This document shows, piece after piece, positions 58,294 to 62,733 of a stretch of 62,733 bases of DNA. Both the position numbers and the translations under genes were made by a program. The stretch comes from an uncultured Mycoplasmatota bacterium (GTDB taxonomy: Bacteria > Bacillota_I > Bacilli_A > RF39 > UBA660), in NCBI GenBank assembly GCA_900549325.1, contig UROI01000003.1, forward strand, positions 1-62,733, written 5' to 3'. Every line of letters starts with the position of its first letter. The stretch's first letter is position 1. The notes under the pieces are model-generated. The model saw nothing but the letters and a program-made list of their open reading frames with translations, did no database searches and was not told where the DNA came from.

Positions 58294-58317
58294 ATATATG
58301 AATATATATTCATATAT
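58294..58317. promoter_or_regulatory. Perfect 24-bp palindrome, candidate CadC/ArsR operator
   Basis: ATATATGAATATATATTCATATAT, 12 bp upstream of the cadC start. The TGAATATATATTCA core resembles 12-2-12 ArsR/SmtB operators. Confidence 0.55.
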
Positions 58318-58373
58318 TTAAATAATATCACTATTAGTATATTATGTCAATAGATTTTTATATTCTTTTTTAT

Positions 58374-58456
58374 CACTTCAAGTCTAGGTCTTGAAGTGTT
58401 GTTGTTAGCCTGTAGTCTAACAACAATATACCAGTGGTATCTATTATATATAAGCC
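58374..58456 (-). repeat. Double-hairpin element, copy i (reverse orientation, with box)
   Basis: cacttcaag-TCTAGGT-cttgaagtg (58374-58398). tgttgttag-CCTGTAGT-ctaacaaca (58400-58425). Box complement TCTATTATATATAAGCC (58440-58456). Confidence 0.9.
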
Positions 58457-58500
58457 AGTAATTATATACTTTTATTTTGGCAATTATTTTATAAATTATT

Positions 58501-58555
58501 ATTTTTGAGACTACAGGCTCAAAAATATTTTCTAATGACCTTAGGCATTAGAAAA
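58501..58555 (+). repeat. Double-hairpin element, copy j
   Basis: atttttgag-ACTACAGG-ctcaaaaat (58501-58526). attttctaatg-ACCTTAGG-cattagaaaa (58527-58555). In the second hairpin the usual AG/CT closing pairs are replaced by TG/CA, a compensated change. Confidence 0.9.
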
Positions 58556-58595
58556 CGACGAACTACTTTAGTGTGAGACGAAACTGAAAGAGAAT

Positions 58596-59165
58596 CTATT
58601 TCTTAGACTCTCTTTCTTTATATTCCTCTAGTGTTAAATTATTATTATAAATATAACTGGCTATATTTCCTACATATCTTATATGCCATGGTTCATAACT
58701 ATATTTTGTTATATCTTCTTTTCCTTCGGGATATCTTAATATAAATCCATATCTATAACAATTTTGATGAACCCATTTAGTTTCTAATAATTCTTCTATT
58801 TCATGTTCTATGTAACACTTTTCATCTTTATATATACAAAAATCTATGGCTAATCCTGTTTGATGTTCTGATTTACCTGGTTCTGCTATTCTTGTGATAG
58901 CATAAGTAAATCCTTTTTCTTCAAGTAATTTATTATATATTTTTTCTTGATAATCATAATCACGATATCCACTTTCTATATCTATGTGATATCCATATCT
59001 TAAAGCATCTTGTTTCATTCTATCAAAAGCATTCTTTGTTTCTCTATCTATTAATATGCCATCTTTATAACTACTACTGGCTTCTACTAAAGTACTTGGT
59101 ATATGTGCTCTTGGCAGGGGATTATCTTTATTTACTAAAATATTATAATCCATAAGTACCTCCAC
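58596..59165 (-). CDS. M15B (VanY-type) D-alanyl-D-alanine carboxypeptidase
   Basis: SGYRDYDYQ, SEHQTGLAIDF, EPWHIRYVG. Confidence 0.8.
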   Translation of the reverse strand: MEVLMDYNILVNKDNPLPRAHIPSTLVEASSSYKDGILIDRETKNAFDRMKQDALRYGYHIDIESGYRDYDYQEKIYNKLLEEKGFTYAITRIAEPGKSEHQTGLAIDFCIYKDEKCYIEHEIEELLETKWVHQNCYRYGFILRYPEGKEDITKYSYEPWHIRYVGNIASYIYNNNLTLEEYKERESKK

Positions 59166-59196
59166 TATAATATATGCTATAAAAAGAGAAGAGAGA

Positions 59197-59502
59197 CTAC
59201 TTTAGTTTATCTATCTTCTTATTTAAATTACTTATCTTATTATTTAACTGTTTTATTTCTGATTCTAATTCTTCTTTTTGACTATTTAGATTTTCATTAT
59301 TTAATTTGGCTATATCATAACTTTCTTTTAAGTTATTTAGGTTATCTATTTCTTTTTTTAGTTCTTTGTACTCTACTAGATATTTATCTAACTCTTTATT
59401 TTTGTTATTTAGAGTTATGTTATTATATAGGGTAATTATTAGGATAGTGAATACTCCTATAAAAGAGATAGTTCCTATTATTTTAAATATTTTATTTTTC
59501 AT
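59197..59502 (-). CDS. Membrane-anchored coiled-coil protein
   Basis: 101 aa. One TM helix, then a heptad-rich K/E/N/L sequence. Confidence 0.5.
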   Translation of the reverse strand: MKNKIFKIIGTISFIGVFTILIITLYNNITLNNKNKELDKYLVEYKELKKEIDNLNNLKESYDIAKLNNENLNSQKEELESEIKQLNNKISNLNKKIDKLK

Positions 59503-60470
59503 TAGTAATATAAGGCCTTCTTTCCAAAGTAATTATATCTTTCTCTAAATAGTGATAATGACTGGTATTTTATTTTACCACCGATTGGGTCAGATATTAT
59601 TATTTTATCAGTAGTATAACCAATTATAACTACAGCATGCTCTCCTGATTTCCAATAGATGGTTTCTCCGGTTGGTTCATATATCCAAGATCTTGATATG
59701 TATGGTGGGGATAATCCTATAGAGGTCCAAGTTAGTACTGGTCTACCTGATTTTACTATTTTTAGTATTTCATCAAAAGAACTTCCAGTAGCATTTATTA
59801 TTCCTGGTTTATAGGTATTTGCTACTTTGGCAATTGGTTTATCAAAGACACCATAGGAATTTTGGGTTCTTGGGTCTCCGATAAACTCTAATTCTGGATT
59901 ACCTCCATAAGTAACACCATCTTTGGTATATGGTGCTTTTCCTTTTTCTAACTTATTTATAATATCATTAGGAGTTACTGATACACCATAATATTTTAAT
60001 AGAATAGTTAGAGCAACGGATTCACAGCCTGTTGGATAGTCAGGATACTGATTGATTGTGGGCACTCCTGTTATATAGGCAGAATTTTTTTCTTCATACT
60101 CTTTGGCTAATCTATTATATTCTGCTTCAAGAGTGGTGATGTTGCCTTCGAGACCTACGATTTGTTCTTCAAGAGATGATATACTATCTTGAAGTTCTTT
60201 ACTTTTATCTTCTTCTTTGGTAATTAGTTCTTCAATATCTTCGACTTTGAAGGCAGTAGTGGAAAATAGTTCTTCAACTTTTTCTCTCGTTTCTTCCTCT
60301 TCTTTATATACCGAATCTAATGATACTTTACCATCTTCAATTAGATTATTTTGTTTTAATTCTTCAAGAGTAGTATTATTGGAAATAATTAGGTTTTTGT
60401 TATCTTGATGTAATACTACTATTTCAATAATTATAGTAATTGAAAATATGGTAAGTAATATTTTTTTCAT
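59502..60470 (-). CDS. Secreted/anchored C39-like cysteine peptidase (Peptidase_C39_2) with coiled-coil N-terminus
   Basis: QYPDYPTGCESVALTILLKYYG (catalytic Cys context) and a later EHAVVIIGY (His). Confidence 0.6.
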   Translation of the reverse strand: MKKILLTIFSITIIIEIVVLHQDNKNLIISNNTTLEELKQNNLIEDGKVSLDSVYKEEEETREKVEELFSTTAFKVEDIEELITKEEDKSKELQDSISSLEEQIVGLEGNITTLEAEYNRLAKEYEEKNSAYITGVPTINQYPDYPTGCESVALTILLKYYGVSVTPNDIINKLEKGKAPYTKDGVTYGGNPELEFIGDPRTQNSYGVFDKPIAKVANTYKPGIINATGSSFDEILKIVKSGRPVLTWTSIGLSPPYISRSWIYEPTGETIYWKSGEHAVVIIGYTTDKIIISDPIGGKIKYQSLSLFRERYNYFGKKALYY

Positions 60471-60482
60471 AGTAACTCCTTT

Positions 60483-62564
60483 TTATATTTTCTTGATATT
60501 TGGATGACCCTTCATTAGTTTTCTTATTCCTGTTGGATGCGGAAAGGCTACGGTTAGGATTGATTTATCTACTCCTATTACGACACCTTCACCAAAATCA
60601 GTATGAATAATATGTTCTCCTACTGTGTATTCGGCATTTTTATCAATTTTTTTCTTGATATTTGATATCATCTTAGTAAGTGGTTTTATTCCTTCTACTT
60701 CAATATATTCTTTATCTATTTCATTTATAAATCTACTTGGCATATTTCTACTGGTATTTCCAAATAACATACGAGTATCAGCAGATGTTATATAGAGTTT
60801 TTTCTTGGCTCTGGTAATGGCTACATAGCATAGTCTACGCTCTTCTTCAATAGCGGAATTACTTCCATCATTGATAGCATTATAATGTGGGAATATTCCT
60901 TCTTCCATGCCAACGATAAAGACATAATCAAACTCTAGTCCTTTTACAGAGTGGACAGTCATTAAACTTACTCTTCCATCACTGTCTTGATGTTCGGTTA
61001 TATCACTAACTAAGGAGATTTCTTCGAGAAAATCCTCTAGACTTGCTGAGCCATATTCTTCTTCATAACTCTTGGTAACTCCTTTAAACTCGTTTAAGTT
61101 TTCTAGTCTTATTTCATCTTCGAGTAATTTAGAACTTTCTAATTCTTTTCTTATACCACTTTTATCTAGAATATCATCGACTAATTCAGTAAGTGACATT
61201 TTTTCACTATCTTTAGTTAGTTCTTCAATTAGTTCTTTAAAAGTTAATTCTTTACCTGTTGTAATGGCTTCATAGATAGAAATACCGGCATCTTCTGCTA
61301 ATGAGGTTAAGTTATCAATTGTTTTTTCACCAATTCCTCTTTTTGGAGTATTGATTATTCTAAGCAGACTTACATCATCTTTATGATTATTTATTAATCT
61401 TAGATAACATAATAAGTCTTTTATTTCTTTTCTATTATAGAAATAGAAACTTCCTACCACTCTATATTTGATATTCTTTTTTAGTAATTCTTCTTCGATA
61501 GTTCTTGACTGAGCATTGGTACGATATAAGACCGCTATATCTTCTTCTTTAACACCTTTTGATATTAAATCTTTTATTTCTCCTACGACAAAGGAAGCCT
61601 CTTCTTTTTCGGTTGATACTTTTTTATATTTTATTTTATCTCCTTCTTCGTTATTACTCCATAGATTTTTATCTTTTCTTTCTCTATTATTTTTTATAAC
61701 GCTATTAGCGGCATTTAAGATGTTTTTAGTAGAACGATAGTTTTCTTCAAGTAATATTGTTTTGGCTTCGGGATAGTCTTTTTCAAAGTTTAAGATATTT
61801 TTATAATTGGCTCCACGAAAAGCATATATGGCTTGGTCATTATCTCCTACTACAAAGATATTACGATATTTAGATGATAGTAGTCTACTGAAGGTATATT
61901 GGGCTTCATTTGTATCCTGATATTCATCTATTAATATATATTTATATCTTTCTTGATAGTCATTTAAGACATTTGGATAGTTTTTAAATAGTTTTATTGG
62001 TAATATTAATAAATCGTCAAAGTCTACAGAATTTCCTTGTTTTAACTTTTTTTGATATGTTTTATATACTTCTACTACTTTATGGTCAAATTCTATTTTA
62101 GAGAATTTTTCTACATCCATCATTTCGTTTTTAGCAGAACTTATTTTATTCTTTATTTCTCTAGGATTATAGTATTCTTTACTCATATTTAGGTCTTTCA
62201 TTATTTTTTTGATAATAGTTAAGACATCATCACTATCTATGATAGTAAAGTTTCTTTCATAGCCTAATAGGCTATAGTTTTCTTTTAGTATTCTAAGTCC
62301 TAAAGAGTGAAATGTTGATATTTGTATATTATTAGCAGTACTTCCTATCAGAGATACTACTCTATCTTTCATTTCTTTAGCGGCTTTATTAGTAAAGGTT
62401 ATTGCTAATATGTTATATGGACTTATTCCATTTTCTATTAAATTTGCTATTCTACTAGTTAGTACTTTGGTCTTTCCAGAACCTGCTCCTGCAAGTACTA
62501 ACATTGGTCCATTTATATGATTAACAGCTTCTTGCTGATTCTTATTTAATTCTAAAACTTTCAT
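60483..62564 (-). CDS. pcrA: ATP-dependent DNA helicase PcrA/UvrD
   Basis: LAGAGSGKTKVLT, LIDEYQDTN, VGDNDQAIYAFRGA, YRS, TVHSVKGLEFD, CYVAITRAKKKL. Confidence 0.93.
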   Translation of the reverse strand: MKVLELNKNQQEAVNHINGPMLVLAGAGSGKTKVLTSRIANLIENGISPYNILAITFTNKAAKEMKDRVVSLIGSTANNIQISTFHSLGLRILKENYSLLGYERNFTIIDSDDVLTIIKKIMKDLNMSKEYYNPREIKNKISSAKNEMMDVEKFSKIEFDHKVVEVYKTYQKKLKQGNSVDFDDLLILPIKLFKNYPNVLNDYQERYKYILIDEYQDTNEAQYTFSRLLSSKYRNIFVVGDNDQAIYAFRGANYKNILNFEKDYPEAKTILLEENYRSTKNILNAANSVIKNNRERKDKNLWSNNEEGDKIKYKKVSTEKEEASFVVGEIKDLISKGVKEEDIAVLYRTNAQSRTIEEELLKKNIKYRVVGSFYFYNRKEIKDLLCYLRLINNHKDDVSLLRIINTPKRGIGEKTIDNLTSLAEDAGISIYEAITTGKELTFKELIEELTKDSEKMSLTELVDDILDKSGIRKELESSKLLEDEIRLENLNEFKGVTKSYEEEYGSASLEDFLEEISLVSDITEHQDSDGRVSLMTVHSVKGLEFDYVFIVGMEEGIFPHYNAINDGSNSAIEEERRLCYVAITRAKKKLYITSADTRMLFGNTSRNMPSRFINEIDKEYIEVEGIKPLTKMISNIKKKIDKNAEYTVGEHIIHTDFGEGVVIGVDKSILTVAFPHPTGIRKLMKGHPNIKKI

Positions 62565-62651
62565 CTTGTCTACCTCATCTTTCTTTACTTCATTTTATCA
62601 TATTTTGATAATATAGTGAAGTAAAGATAAGCATATTTTTTTATTTTATTC

Positions 62652-62733
62652 GCACTATAGCCTAGGTCTATAGTGTGTCATTTATAGCCTGTAGTCTATA
62701 AATGATATATCTACATATCTATTATATATAAGC
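62652..62733 (-). repeat. Double-hairpin element, copy k (reverse orientation, runs into the window edge)
   Basis: gcactatag-CCTAGGT-ctatagtg (62652-62675). tcatttatag-CCTGTAGT-ctataaatga (62678-62705). Box complement TCTATTATATATAAGC (62718-62733). Confidence 0.9.

Overview
Very AT-rich, low-GC Bacillota-type chromosomal segment (standard genetic code; about 48 of 58 genes are on the minus strand). It falls into three parts. (1) 1-12.5 kb is cell-envelope and housekeeping: MBOAT fragment, helicase IV-like UvrD protein, LysM amidase, UDG-family protein, VanZ, and a complete BceRS-BceAB-type peptide-antibiotic resistance module. (2) About 12.6-34.5 kb is an accessory conflict/defence island with no integrase, transposase or tRNA. 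It holds a KAP P-loop NTPase coupled to an ApeA-like HEPN protein. It holds a C5 cytosine methyltransferase with a divergent candidate PD-(D/E)XK endonuclease. Next to that pair is a separately promoted operon: small helical protein, MORC-like GHKL ATPase, HhH/PC4-like DNA-binding protein, small membrane/acidic protein. It also holds an unknown protein plus 5-TM protein pair, an Upf1-like SF1 helicase with a DUF2726-like nuclease tail, a tiny acidic ORF, a second HEPN protein, a metallophosphoesterase, a frameshifted DinD/Bro-N gene, an orphan structured-RNA candidate, an MqsR-like toxin with an MqsA-DUF4065 (Panacea) fusion antitoxin, and a 426-aa unknown. (3) 34.6-62.7 kb is core: acyltransferase, S-box-metK, Zn-ribbon plus orphan HerA-like ATPase, uvrA, sigH-rlmB-mrnC, yqeG-yqeH, sigK, rpe-rsgA-prkC-prpC-rlmN, cadCA, VanY-like peptidase, C39-like peptidase, pcrA. 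The most unusual non-genic signal is a repeat family found at 11 intergenic sites (22 hairpins). Each site has tandem hairpins whose apex is nearly invariant (AGAC-short loop-GGCT) while the stems differ between copies and stay complementary; many sites are preceded by a conserved GCTTATATATAATAGA box. Several accessory genes or cassettes are bracketed by direct repeats of hairpin or terminator sequence. One about 100-bp promoter-plus-terminator module is duplicated on both sides of the helicase gene. All functional calls come from motif reading by eye; no database search was run.
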